Positions 9,147 through 16,760 are shown, numbered from the stretch's first letter. The stretch: DNA of 16,760 bases from an uncultured Erysipelotrichaceae bacterium (GCA_964457525.1 CAYWGS010000012.1:9634-26393), one strand, 5' to 3'. Notes: generated by a model from the letters alone, not told the origin. Numbers and translations: made by a program.

Positions 9147-9690
9147 ATAATATTTTTTCTAAATCCATGTAGGAGATTTCAGTTGGAGTCTCACGACCGA
9201 ATAAAGTCGTTAGAACGATTGCGGATTGTGCTTCATCATTCATACTCTCTACAATACCCTCTAGACCACTGAAAGGACCATTTAAGATACGAACATGATC
9301 GTTAACCGCAAAGTTAACCAATACTTTATTTTCACTTAAGCCTAAGCGTCTAAAGATTGCTTCGATTTCATCAGGAGAAACAGGGAACGGTTTAGCACCA
9401 CCACCTGAAGATCCAATAAATCCGGTTACACCTGGTGTATTACGAACAACATACCAAGCTTCATCTGTCATTATCATTTCAACGAATAAGTAACCTGGAA
9501 ATAGATTTCTCATTCTTTCAACTTTTTTACCATTCTTAATTTCAATTTCAGGTTCTTCCGCAACTAAAATTCGAAATAAGTTATTTTCGATACCCATCGT
9601 TTCGACACGACGTTCTAGATTTTCTTTTACGCGATTTTCATGACCTGCGTAGGTATTAACGACATACCACTCTTTTACGATATCTTCCAT
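9145..9690 (-). CDS. nusG: Transcription termination/antitermination factor NusG
   Basis: MEDIVKEWYVVNTYAGHENRVKENLERRV...FPGYLFVEM...WYVVRNTPGVTGFIG...KOW-like C-terminus. ATG 9690 is preferred over the track's TTG at 9702, leaving a 1-nt gap after the secE stop. Confidence 0.93.
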   Translation of the reverse strand: MEDIVKEWYVVNTYAGHENRVKENLERRVETMGIENNLFRILVAEEPEIEIKNGKKVERMRNLFPGYLFVEMIMTDEAWYVVRNTPGVTGFIGSSGGGAKPFPVSPDEIEAIFRRLGLSENKVLVNFAVNDHVRILNGPFSGLEGIVESMNDEAQSAIVLTTLFGRETPTEISYMDLEKIL

Positions 9691-9691
9691 T

Positions 9692-9877
9692 TTAAACCCC
9701 AATTCCGATGAGTCTTAAAAAGAAGGCTATCGTCGCTTCACTTATAACGAAAAACGCTCCAAAGAATACAATGAACACCACAACAACCAAACTGCTGTGT
9801 AATACTTCATCTTGCTTTGGCCAACGTATACGCTTAATTTCTGTAAATATCCCTGAGAGACTGAACCATTTTAACAT
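9692..9877 (-). CDS. secE: Preprotein translocase subunit SecE
   Basis: 61 aa, ...EIKRIRWPKQDEV then a single TM segment (VVVVFIVFFGAFFVI). GGAGGAG SD overlaps the rpmG stop. Canonical rpmG-secE-nusG position. Confidence 0.88.
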   Translation of the reverse strand: MLKWFSLSGIFTEIKRIRWPKQDEVLHSSLVVVVFIVFFGAFFVISEATIAFFLRLIGIGV

Positions 9878-9888
9878 CTTCTCTCCTC

Positions 9889-10047
9889 CTACTTCGTTTC
9901 TTTGTGTAAAGTTTGCTTATTACAATGCTTACAAAATTTCATTAATTCTAATCGCTCTGTCGCATTGGCTTTATTACGTGAAGTGGTGTAATTACGAGAT
10001 AAACACACAGTGCACGTTAAAATGACATGCTTTGTTTTGTCTGCCAT
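9889..10047 (-). CDS. rpmG: 50S ribosomal protein L33 (zinc-ribbon C+ form)
   Basis: Missing from the ORF track (52 aa). Own translation: [52 protein letters not shown]. CxxC...CxxC present. GGAG 7 nt upstream. TAG stop at 9889-9891. Confidence 0.9.
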   Translation of the reverse strand: MADKTKHVILTCTVCLSRNYTTSRNKANATERLELMKFCKHCNKQTLHKETK

Positions 10048-10073
10048 ATCATCACTCCATTTCTTGCTTTATA

Positions 10074-10102
10074 ACTCTATCACAAGCATTATTGAGTGTC
10101 AA
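10074..10102 (-). promoter_or_regulatory. Sigma-A-type promoter for rpmG-secE-nusG, embedded in the 3' end of the sigma-factor gene
   Basis: Minus strand: TTGACA (10097-10102, inside codons ...FDTQ), 17-nt spacer ending in TGA (extended -10), -10 TAGAGT (10074-10079). Confidence 0.55.
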
Positions 10103-10703
10103 ACATCACTCTTACTTTCTTCTTAATTTTCTGTATGATATTATCCACATCTTTCTCAGTAATTCCTAACTCTAAACTAATTTCACGATAAGAATAACCT
10201 AAATGATGTTTGTGATAAACTTTCCAATGCGCATCTGTTAAACTTTCTCGAATCACCGGAACTTGGTCTTGAGCCCATGCTATATGTGCTAAATAGGCTG
10301 GATCATACTCCTTTTGATTCGAAGAAACCGTATCCATTAAACACAAATTATCATCATCTGATATTGGCATATCCAATGAAATCGCAGTGCTTAACATACG
10401 ATAATTTTGCGTTCGATGCTTTCTTAGATAAGACCTTATTTCATTCTCAATACATTTATTCGCAAAACTAACAAACAGGATATTACGTTCCTTGTCGAAG
10501 TTCTCAACACCTCGCATCAAACCCAAACATCCTTCTTGATATAAATCTTCTGTATCAATATCACTCGGAGCTGGCGGTTTAACTAGTTTATGTATTATTG
10601 CCCAAATACTCTTATGATATCTTTGTATAAGTTCTTCTACATACTCTTCTTGATTATCTCTGATTAATGCGATTAATTCGAAATCTCTGGAATGATCGTG
10701 CAT
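10089..10703 (-). CDS. sigH: Sigma-70 family RNA polymerase sigma factor, SigH-like by synteny
   Basis: 204 aa. Region 2 DLYQEGCLGLMRGVENFD, region 4 HTH YSYREISLELGITEKDVDNIIQKIKKKV. Sits between rlmB and rpmG exactly as B. subtilis sigH does. AAGGAGG SD upstream. The symbol is assigned by synteny and the sequence is divergent. Confidence 0.7.
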   Translation of the reverse strand: MHDHSRDFELIALIRDNQEEYVEELIQRYHKSIWAIIHKLVKPPAPSDIDTEDLYQEGCLGLMRGVENFDKERNILFVSFANKCIENEIRSYLRKHRTQNYRMLSTAISLDMPISDDDNLCLMDTVSSNQKEYDPAYLAHIAWAQDQVPVIRESLTDAHWKVYHKHHLGYSYREISLELGITEKDVDNIIQKIKKKVRVMFDTQ

Positions 10704-10718
10704 TCCTATCCTCCTTTA

Positions 10719-11438
10719 TTATTTGAGGGGATTTCGTTGATTAAGAACTTCGTAGATTAATAATGCAGCACTCACAGAAGCATTAAGCGAGTTAACTTCA
10801 CCATACATCGGTATTTTAATGATTTGATCACAATTCTTTAAAACTAACCGAGATATTCCCCTACCCTCAGAACCAATCACAAGCGCAACACGACCTTGAT
10901 ACTTAATGGAACGATAATCGACCGCATTCTCCGCAAATTCACTACCATAGACCCAAAACTTATGTTTCTTAAGGGTTTCTATCGTTTGTGTCATATTAGT
11001 AACTGAGATTGTTTTGACTGTTTCAATTGCGCCTGTTGATACTTTCGCAACCGTTCCGTTTAATTGGACAGAACCATGTTTAGGTATAACAATCGCATCA
11101 ACTTTACCAGCATCTGCTGTTCGTAATATCGCACCTAAATTATGTGGATCTTCAAGACCATCCAATAAGACAATTGTGGCATCATCTGATAAAGTATTCA
11201 GAACCTCTTCTAGCGAGTATGTAACATAGTCATCAATCTCAGCTATAACACCTTGATGATTCCCTTCATACTTGCTTAACTCTTTATCATCACAATAACG
11301 TATTGGAATTCGTGCTTCCTTCGCTAACTCAATAAACTCTTTTGCAGGATGAGACTTACTCAAGAGTAATTGATGTATTTTTTTGTGGTTTAGGATCCGT
11401 TGCTTAACAACATTTTTCCCATAGATGTATTGTGCCAT
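10719..11438 (-). CDS. rlmB: 23S rRNA (guanosine-2'-O)-methyltransferase, SpoU/TrmH family (RlmB/YacO-like)
   Basis: 239 aa. N-terminal substrate-binding domain (YGKNVV...), SpoU motifs LDGLEDPHNLGAILRTA, LVIGSEGRGIS, IPMYGEVNSLNASVSAALLIYE. Synteny with mrnC/cysS. Confidence 0.85.
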   Translation of the reverse strand: MAQYIYGKNVVKQRILNHKKIHQLLLSKSHPAKEFIELAKEARIPIRYCDDKELSKYEGNHQGVIAEIDDYVTYSLEEVLNTLSDDATIVLLDGLEDPHNLGAILRTADAGKVDAIVIPKHGSVQLNGTVAKVSTGAIETVKTISVTNMTQTIETLKKHKFWVYGSEFAENAVDYRSIKYQGRVALVIGSEGRGISRLVLKNCDQIIKIPMYGEVNSLNASVSAALLIYEVLNQRNPLK

Positions 11439-11532
11439 AATTCTCCTAGATGATTGTTTTCAATTCGTTCCAGAATTGTATTAAAACCGTGATAATATTG
11501 TACCTTATTTATCAACTTTTTTGTGTATAAAT

Positions 11533-11568
11533 ATAGATAAAATAAAACCTATTCACTTCGAATAGGTT
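11533..11568 (-). terminator. Hairpin plus U-rich tract overlapping the mrnC stop (possible partial terminator)
   Basis: Minus strand: AACCTATTC-GAAGT-GAATAGGTT followed by TTATTTTATC. The 9-bp stem is AU-rich. The mrnC TAG lies in the 3' arm. Confidence 0.4.
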
Positions 11569-11950
11569 CTTTATCGATTGTAATTATCATCTTCTGCCAA
11601 ATCTCATTTAATCTAGAATGATTTTCAGTAAGATACAAATAACCTAATAATGCTTCAAATCCAGTTGATTGACGATATGTCACAATATCCGCATTCTTTG
11701 CTTTATTATCACTCTTATGATTTCTACCTCTTAAATAAGTCTTCATTTCTTGTTCACTTAAGAAATTTTCTGAGATAAGTGTTTGAATAAATTGTGCTTG
11801 TGCATTTGCACTTACGAATTGAATACTTCTATTTTGTAATTCTTTTGTTTTAGTTATTCCTAACTTAACAAGATAATCTCTAACATATAGAGATAGAATC
11901 GCATCCCCTACAAACGCTAATGTACTACCATTGAGTAAATCTGGATTCAT
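11549..11950 (-). CDS. mrnC: Mini-ribonuclease III (23S rRNA maturation)
   Basis: 133 aa. LAFVGDAILSLYVRDYL, RGRNHKS, TYRQSTGFEALLGYLYL match the YazC/MrnC pattern (from memory). ATGA overlap with the cysS stop. Confidence 0.85.
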   Translation of the reverse strand: MNPDLLNGSTLAFVGDAILSLYVRDYLVKLGITKTKELQNRSIQFVSANAQAQFIQTLISENFLSEQEMKTYLRGRNHKSDNKAKNADIVTYRQSTGFEALLGYLYLTENHSRLNEIWQKMIITIDKEPIRSE

Positions 11951-13278
11951 ACAAGCACATTTTCTTCGATGAGTTGTTGGCGATAGGTATCTGCTAACGT
12001 AAAGTCTTTATTTGCTTTAGCTTCATTCCATAATCGATAGAGTTCTAATTGATGATCATTCAACACAGTCTTGTGATGCTCAACCCCAAGAATATCTAAC
12101 ATTTTAATGAGATCTTGATAATGAACGCTTAGTTCATCTTTTAAGTCTTTAGAACGGATTAAAGCATTTAATGACTTAATCACATCAAATATGGATTTCA
12201 TCGCATTAGGCGTATTTAAATCATCTTGCATCGCATCTAAGAAAGCGGTATAGAATTCAGAACTTAAGTCTGTATTCAAATCATAGTTTGATAATTGACT
12301 CTTAATTTCAACTTGTTTAAGTACCGCTAGCGCTTTATTTACTTCCGTTTTTGCGGTTTCAATGACTTCTTCTGTAATATTGATTGGAGCTCTATAATGC
12401 GCACTTAACATCAACCAACGTACAACTGGTCCACCTAATAATTGAACCATGTCCTTCGCTAACATGACGTTTCCTAAGGATTTACTCATCTTCTCGCCAT
12501 CAATATTTAACATTCCATTGTGCATCCAAACATTCGCCAATGAATGATTAAAACATGCTCTACTTTGAGCTACTTCATTTTCATGATGTGGGAACTTAAG
12601 ATCCATTCCACCTCCATGAATATCAATCATCTGATGGAAATGATCATGAATCATAACAACACACTCTGTATGCCAACCCGGTCTACCTAACCCCCAAGGA
12701 GATTCCCATTGAATTCCTTCTTCTGTCTTTTTCCACAATGTGAAATCAAGTGGATTCTCTTTCTCACTCTCAGCCTCAATACGTGCTCCTACAAGTAAGT
12801 CTTCAATACGTTGTTTAGAGATTTCTCCATATTGGTCTGCTTTTTCAACTCTAAAATAGACATTCCCATTCACATTATAGGCAAAACCTTTATCCACTAA
12901 ATCTTGGATAAAACCTACAATCTCAGGAATGGTCTCTGTAACTTTAGGATTGGATAACACAGGTAGTGTATTGAGTGATTGTCGAACACCCTCATACGCA
13001 TCAATGTAACGTTTTGTAATAACTGTTTCGTCTACACCTTCTTGGATGGCTTTAGTAATAATCTTGTCATCCACATCCGTATAATTTGAAACAAAGTCTA
13101 CTTTATAATTTAAAGCAGTTAATAAACGTCTTAATGTATCAAAAATAATAATTGGCCGAGCATTACCAATATGTGCATCACCATAAACCGTTGGTCCACA
13201 CACATACATGGATACTTCATTTTCTTTTATGGGTTTGAATTCTTCAATTTGATTTGTTTTTGTATTAAAAAGCTTCAT
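11947..13278 (-). CDS. cysS: Cysteine--tRNA ligase
   Basis: Start re-called to ATG 13278 (MKLFNTKTNQIEEF...), preceded by AAGGTGA SD. HIGN and KMSKS motifs, PGWHTEC. The 31 upstream track codons lack an SD and overlap the promoter. Confidence 0.93.
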   Translation of the reverse strand: MKLFNTKTNQIEEFKPIKENEVSMYVCGPTVYGDAHIGNARPIIIFDTLRRLLTALNYKVDFVSNYTDVDDKIITKAIQEGVDETVITKRYIDAYEGVRQSLNTLPVLSNPKVTETIPEIVGFIQDLVDKGFAYNVNGNVYFRVEKADQYGEISKQRIEDLLVGARIEAESEKENPLDFTLWKKTEEGIQWESPWGLGRPGWHTECVVMIHDHFHQMIDIHGGGMDLKFPHHENEVAQSRACFNHSLANVWMHNGMLNIDGEKMSKSLGNVMLAKDMVQLLGGPVVRWLMLSAHYRAPINITEEVIETAKTEVNKALAVLKQVEIKSQLSNYDLNTDLSSEFYTAFLDAMQDDLNTPNAMKSIFDVIKSLNALIRSKDLKDELSVHYQDLIKMLDILGVEHHKTVLNDHQLELYRLWNEAKANKDFTLADTYRQQLIEENVLV

Positions 13279-13297
13279 TTTGTTCACCTTGTAGATT

Positions 13298-13325
13298 ATT
13301 ATATCACGCATCACATAATTGTAAC
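13298..13325 (-). promoter_or_regulatory. Sigma-A-type promoter for cysS-mrnC
   Basis: Minus strand: extended -10 TGATATAAT (TATAAT at 13298-13303), 16-nt spacer, -35-like GTTACA (13320-13325). Predicts a leader of only ~15 nt. Confidence 0.6.
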
Positions 13326-13358
13326 TCATGTGTATCAATTTTATGTTACGATATAGAC

Positions 13359-13763
13359 ATGATTGAAGCATTAAAGTGGTTTATTGATTTTGTAAATAAG
13401 ATTCATCATTGGATTCTAAGTTTGAATGATAACTATGCTTGGGCATTATCGGATAAGGACCTCCATTTCATTATCTTTGGGTTACTGTCCTTGGCCTTTT
13501 TTATTGGTATAAACTTTGCGTTTAAACGATTAGCTAAAATATCATTAAATTTAGTATCCTTTATCTATACCTTTACCGTTATGTTTGCCCTCGCGCTTGC
13601 GATTGAATTTGGACAACGCTATACCAAACAAGGTATTATGGATTTTGATGATGTGTTGTATGGAATATACGGTTTTATAGCGTTTTTCATAATCTATCAG
13701 ATCATTTTGAAGATACTTTCGTTTATAAAATCGTTTTATACAAAAAAAGGAGATAAAAAATGA
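13359..13763 (+). CDS. Small integral membrane protein, VanZ-like
   Basis: 134 aa with 3-4 hydrophobic segments. IEFGQRYTKQGIMDFDDVLYGIYGF resembles the VanZ-family E-x-x-Q...R...D-x-D-x-x-x-N/G motif (from memory, tentative). No SD before the ATG. ATGA overlap with galE. Confidence 0.6.
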   Translation: MIEALKWFIDFVNKIHHWILSLNDNYAWALSDKDLHFIIFGLLSLAFFIGINFAFKRLAKISLNLVSFIYTFTVMFALALAIEFGQRYTKQGIMDFDDVLYGIYGFIAFFIIYQIILKILSFIKSFYTKKGDKK

Positions 13764-14749
13764 GTATATTAGTTACGGGTGGTACGGGATATATCGGATC
13801 ACATACATGTGTTGTGTTATTAGAAGCAGGATATGATGTTATTATTGCGGATAATCTATACAACAGTAAGTTAGATGTTTTGGATAAACTTGAATCCATT
13901 ACAGGCAAGAAACCTAAATTCTATCTTTGTGATGTTTCCAGTAAAGAAGAATGCGATGTTATTTTTAAAGAAAATAAGATTGACGCGATTCTTCATTTTG
14001 CAGGCTATAAAGCGGTCGGTGAATCGGTTGGGGTTCCTTTGAAGTATTATCGTAATAATCTTCTTGGGACAATCGCTTTAGCAGAATGTGCTCTAGAGTA
14101 CAATGTCCCTAAATTCATCTTTAGTTCTTCCGCAACGGTTTATGGTGATGGGGTTGTGCCTTATCGTGAATCCAGCCCTCTTCTTCCTAGTACAAATCCT
14201 TACGGTGAAACAAAGGTTATGTCTGAGCGAATCTTGAGTGATACGGCTAAGGTTAATCCTGGATTATCGGTTACTCTATTACGTTACTTCAATCCAATTG
14301 GAGCACATAAGAGTGGATTGTTAGGTGAGATTCCTGTAGGAACACCGAATAATTTAATGCCATACATTACTCAAGTTGCGAAGGGTAAACTTGAAAAACT
14401 ACGTGTCTTTGGTAGTGACTATAATACCATTGATGGCACAGGTGTTCGTGATTTCATCCATGTGGTTGATTTAGCGTATGGTCATATGGCTGCACTTGAG
14501 AAAATGCGTGAAGGTATTAATGTTTATAACTTAGGTACAGGTAAAGGTACTTCTGTTCTTGAACTTATCCATACATTTGAAACGGTGAATGAAATCAAGA
14601 TTCCTTATGATATTGTAGATCGTAGACCAGGCGATATCGCAAGTTCCTACGCTGATGTAAGTAAGGCATATGATGAATTAGGTTGGAAAACCGAAAAATC
14701 AGTTGAAGATATGTGCCGTGATTCTTGGTTTTTTGAAAAAAATCAGTAA
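13760..14749 (+). CDS. galE: UDP-glucose 4-epimerase
   Basis: 329 aa. ILVTGGTGYIGSH NAD-binding motif, SSSATVYG, YGETK (YxxxK), LRYFNP. AAAGGAGA SD upstream. Confidence 0.9.
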   Translation: MSILVTGGTGYIGSHTCVVLLEAGYDVIIADNLYNSKLDVLDKLESITGKKPKFYLCDVSSKEECDVIFKENKIDAILHFAGYKAVGESVGVPLKYYRNNLLGTIALAECALEYNVPKFIFSSSATVYGDGVVPYRESSPLLPSTNPYGETKVMSERILSDTAKVNPGLSVTLLRYFNPIGAHKSGLLGEIPVGTPNNLMPYITQVAKGKLEKLRVFGSDYNTIDGTGVRDFIHVVDLAYGHMAALEKMREGINVYNLGTGKGTSVLELIHTFETVNEIKIPYDIVDRRPGDIASSYADVSKAYDELGWKTEKSVEDMCRDSWFFEKNQ

Positions 14750-14758
14750 GATATAAGG

Positions 14759-14788
14759 TAGAACATTCTATGTTCTATCTTTTTATTT
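14759..14788 (+). terminator. Intrinsic terminator after galE
   Basis: TAGAACAT-TCT-ATGTTCTA followed by TCTTTTTATTTT, starting 10 nt after the galE TAA. Confidence 0.7.
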
Positions 14789-14796
14789 TAACCACA

Positions 14797-14805
14797 TGTT
14801 AAAAT
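14797..14805 (+). promoter_or_regulatory. Candidate extended -10 promoter for the ATP-grasp/racemase pair
   Basis: TGTTAAAAT (TGn + TAAAAT) lies 20 nt upstream of ATG 14826. There is no good -35 (ATCTTT). Confidence 0.35.
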
Positions 14806-14825
14806 AGTTAAGTAAAGTGAGACCT

Positions 14826-16019
14826 ATGAAAAATAAAGCTGTAATCCTTGGATCAAATTATTTCATCGCATTGAGTATTCTTAGAAGTCTTGGACCTAAG
14901 CATATTCATTGTGTCGCATTGGATCATACCAAAAAAGGATCCTATGCCTTTTTATCAAAATATGTGAGTGAAAGCTATATCTGCCCACACTATAAAAACG
15001 AAGAACAAGACTTCTTAGATTTCTTAATTGACTTTTCCAAGAAACAAGAACTAAAACCTGTTCTATTTCCTTGTGCAGATAATTATGTAGAATTTATTGA
15101 TGCGCATTTAGATGAGTTAAGAGAATATTACTTAATCCCACAAACCCAAAAGGGTTTATATACCGAAGTTATGAATAAGGATACCCTATTCGATTTAGCG
15201 GTTAAACATGGTGTTCGTGTTCCTGAGTCCATTCGTTCGAATGATCCTGATTTAATCAATAAAGTAAATCAAACCGTTGGTTATCCTTGTATCGTAAAGC
15301 CTGTTGATTCACCTGCATTTACTAAAGCATTTAGATTGAAGAGTTTCTATATAAACAATGAAAAAGAATTGATTGATGGTTTAACTAAGGCAAGAAATGC
15401 AAATGTAGAAGTTATTGTTCAACGTATTATTCCTGGTTTTGATGATCATATGTATACGTATGATGCTTATATGAATCAAAATAGTGATGTGACTCATTGG
15501 GTAACCTGCAATAAATTTAGACAATATCCAATTAACTTTGGGGCTTCTTCATTTACCATACAGAAATATGTAGAAGAACTACATACGATTGGGGCTCCAT
15601 TCTTTAAGGCAATGGGATATAAAGGGTTTGCGGAAATTGAATTCAAGAAAGACGCAAAAACAGGAGAATACTATCTAATCGAAATTAATGTTCGTACAAC
15701 GACATTGAATTCGATGTTAGCGAAAGCTGGAGTAAACTTCCCATATGTTCAATATATGGAATTAACCGGTAATCCTGTAGAACCTTACGCTGTTCGACAA
15801 GATACAAATGTTGCGTTCTGGTTTGAGTATGAAGACATTTTAGCAATTAAAGCTTATCTAAAGACGAAACAATTAAAATGGAAGGATATCTTACCTACCT
15901 TTAAACGTCCGATTGTTTGTGCCGTATTTGATGCTCATGATATTAAACCATTCTTTGGAATGTTAGGTATGATATTTGGTCGATTTACAAAGAAACTAAA
16001 AAGGATATTTGTACGATGA
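14826..16019 (+). CDS. ATP-grasp carboxylate-amine ligase, D-aspartate-ligase-like (COG3919-type)
   Basis: 397 aa from ATG 14826 (AGTGA SD 5 nt upstream; the track's GTG at 14817 sits inside that SD). N-terminal KAVILGSNYFIALSILRSLG. ATP-grasp core YPCIVKP, VIVQRIIPG, GFAEIEFKKDAKTGEYYLIEINVR. Pattern resembles E. faecium Aslfm as I remember it. ATGA overlap with a racemase gene. Confidence 0.6.
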   Translation: MKNKAVILGSNYFIALSILRSLGPKHIHCVALDHTKKGSYAFLSKYVSESYICPHYKNEEQDFLDFLIDFSKKQELKPVLFPCADNYVEFIDAHLDELREYYLIPQTQKGLYTEVMNKDTLFDLAVKHGVRVPESIRSNDPDLINKVNQTVGYPCIVKPVDSPAFTKAFRLKSFYINNEKELIDGLTKARNANVEVIVQRIIPGFDDHMYTYDAYMNQNSDVTHWVTCNKFRQYPINFGASSFTIQKYVEELHTIGAPFFKAMGYKGFAEIEFKKDAKTGEYYLIEINVRTTTLNSMLAKAGVNFPYVQYMELTGNPVEPYAVRQDTNVAFWFEYEDILAIKAYLKTKQLKWKDILPTFKRPIVCAVFDAHDIKPFFGMLGMIFGRFTKKLKRIFVR

Positions 16020-16705
16020 ACGATAAAATTATTGGAATATTAGGGGGCATGGGACCTGAGGCAAGTGCTTATTACTATACGCAGATTGTTAAGCGTACAA
16101 AGGTAAGTAAAGATCAGGATCATTTTCATGTGATTGTTGAGTCGAACCCTAAGATTCCAGATCGCACTAAAGCAATTTTAGGTATTGGGGAAAGTCCTCT
16201 TCCAGAACTGATTAAAAGTATTGAACGATTAAATCGAATGAAAGTGGATCAAGCTTTTATTACTTGTATTACTTCTCATCATTTCTATCCAGATCTAGTT
16301 AAACATGCACAATTTGAGTTAGTAAATGCATTGGAATGTTTGAATGCACAACTTCATAAAGATGGTATTAAACGTGTAGGATTACTCGCCACAACAGGTA
16401 CAATCAAATCTCAATTATTCAATCAGTATTTAAAAGATATCGAAGTCATTGTTCCTAGTGAAAGTGTTCAAACCAACTATGTTATGAATGCCATCTATCA
16501 TCCTGAGACTGGAATTAAGAGTGGTCATGTGGAGGGTTATCCCGTAACACAATTAATTCATGCAGGTCAAAGTTTAATTGAAAATGGTGCTGAAGTCTTA
16601 ATTGGTGGATGCACAGAAATATCGATGGTATTAAAGAAAGAAATGTTTAGTGTTGGCTTATACGATCCAATGATTGTCACAATTGATACACTTATCAATC
16701 AATAA
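16016..16705 (+). CDS. Aspartate/glutamate-family amino-acid racemase (aspartate racemase-like)
   Basis: 229 aa. IGILGGMGPEAS N-terminal motif. Two catalytic-Cys contexts: FITCITSHH and GGCTEIS. Confidence 0.8.
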   Translation: MNDKIIGILGGMGPEASAYYYTQIVKRTKVSKDQDHFHVIVESNPKIPDRTKAILGIGESPLPELIKSIERLNRMKVDQAFITCITSHHFYPDLVKHAQFELVNALECLNAQLHKDGIKRVGLLATTGTIKSQLFNQYLKDIEVIVPSESVQTNYVMNAIYHPETGIKSGHVEGYPVTQLIHAGQSLIENGAEVLIGGCTEISMVLKKEMFSVGLYDPMIVTIDTLINQ

Positions 16706-16760
16706 AGGAGAAATTAACTATTAGAAGTCAATACGAAAAGGTGAAAAACTTAAAAGATTA

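Noticed and set aside
9708-10025. Plus-strand 105-aa ORF antisense to secE/rpmG, and 10277..10471, 11014..11229, 13171..13356, 13723..13908, 5599..5802, 6579..6794
   Set aside because: All lie within, and antisense or out of frame to, well-supported genes. There are no SD sequences and the compositions are not meaningful.
13279-13358. T-box riboswitch upstream of cysS
   Set aside because: The intergenic space is only 80 bp and is occupied by divergent promoters. A T-box needs about 200 nt or more with specifier and antiterminator helices, and none is present.
13279-13371. 31-codon N-terminal extension of cysS in the ORF track
   Set aside because: It would overlap the promoter and the divergent ORF start. 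ATG 13278 has an AAGGTGA SD and gives the typical CysRS N-terminus (MKLFNT...).
11947-16019. Possibility of Mollicutes code 4 (UGA = Trp)
   Set aside because: TGA ends cysS (11947-11949), the VanZ-like ORF (13761-13763) and the ATP-grasp ORF (16017-16019) at homologue-consistent lengths, each in an ATGA coupling overlap. The conserved Trp codons I checked are TGG.

Overview
AT-rich chromosome segment of a low-GC Gram-positive (Bacillota-type) organism, almost entirely housekeeping. It uses the standard bacterial code: TGA ends cysS, the VanZ-like ORF and the ATP-grasp ORF at sensible lengths. L11 and RpoB look Mollicutes/Erysipelotrichia-like, but that is my impression only, with no search behind it. 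The minus strand (read right to left) follows the Bacillus subtilis order: cysS, mrnC (mini-RNase III), rlmB, a sigH-like sigma factor, rpmG (52 aa, missing from the ORF track), secE, nusG. Two accessory genes then follow (DUF3052-like and flavodoxin-like). After them come rplK, rplA, rplJ, rplL, a YbxB/RsmC-like methyltransferase, rpoB, and the 5' part of rpoC, which runs off the window and is also missing from the ORF track. The plus strand at the right end carries a VanZ-like membrane ORF coupled to galE, a terminator, then an ATP-grasp ligase coupled to an Asp/Glu-family racemase. I re-called several starts using SD spacing and homologue N-termini: rpoB 5114, rplL 6228, rplJ 6739, nusG 9690, cysS 13278, ATP-grasp 14826. 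Sigma-A-type promoters, intrinsic terminators and an L10-leader-type attenuator are readable by eye. I saw no mobile element, CRISPR array, tRNA or rRNA, and no clearly novel multi-gene system. The points most worth follow-up are: (1) the ligase/racemase pair, which matches the D-aspartate ligase/racemase paradigm for peptidoglycan cross-bridges; (2) a native Asn at the RpoB position equivalent to E. coli H526, a rifampicin-insensitivity signature; (3) large lineage-specific RpoB insertions; (4) the two-gene insertion splitting the normally contiguous nusG-rplK junction. All family assignments come from reading motifs by eye and from memory; no database search was run.
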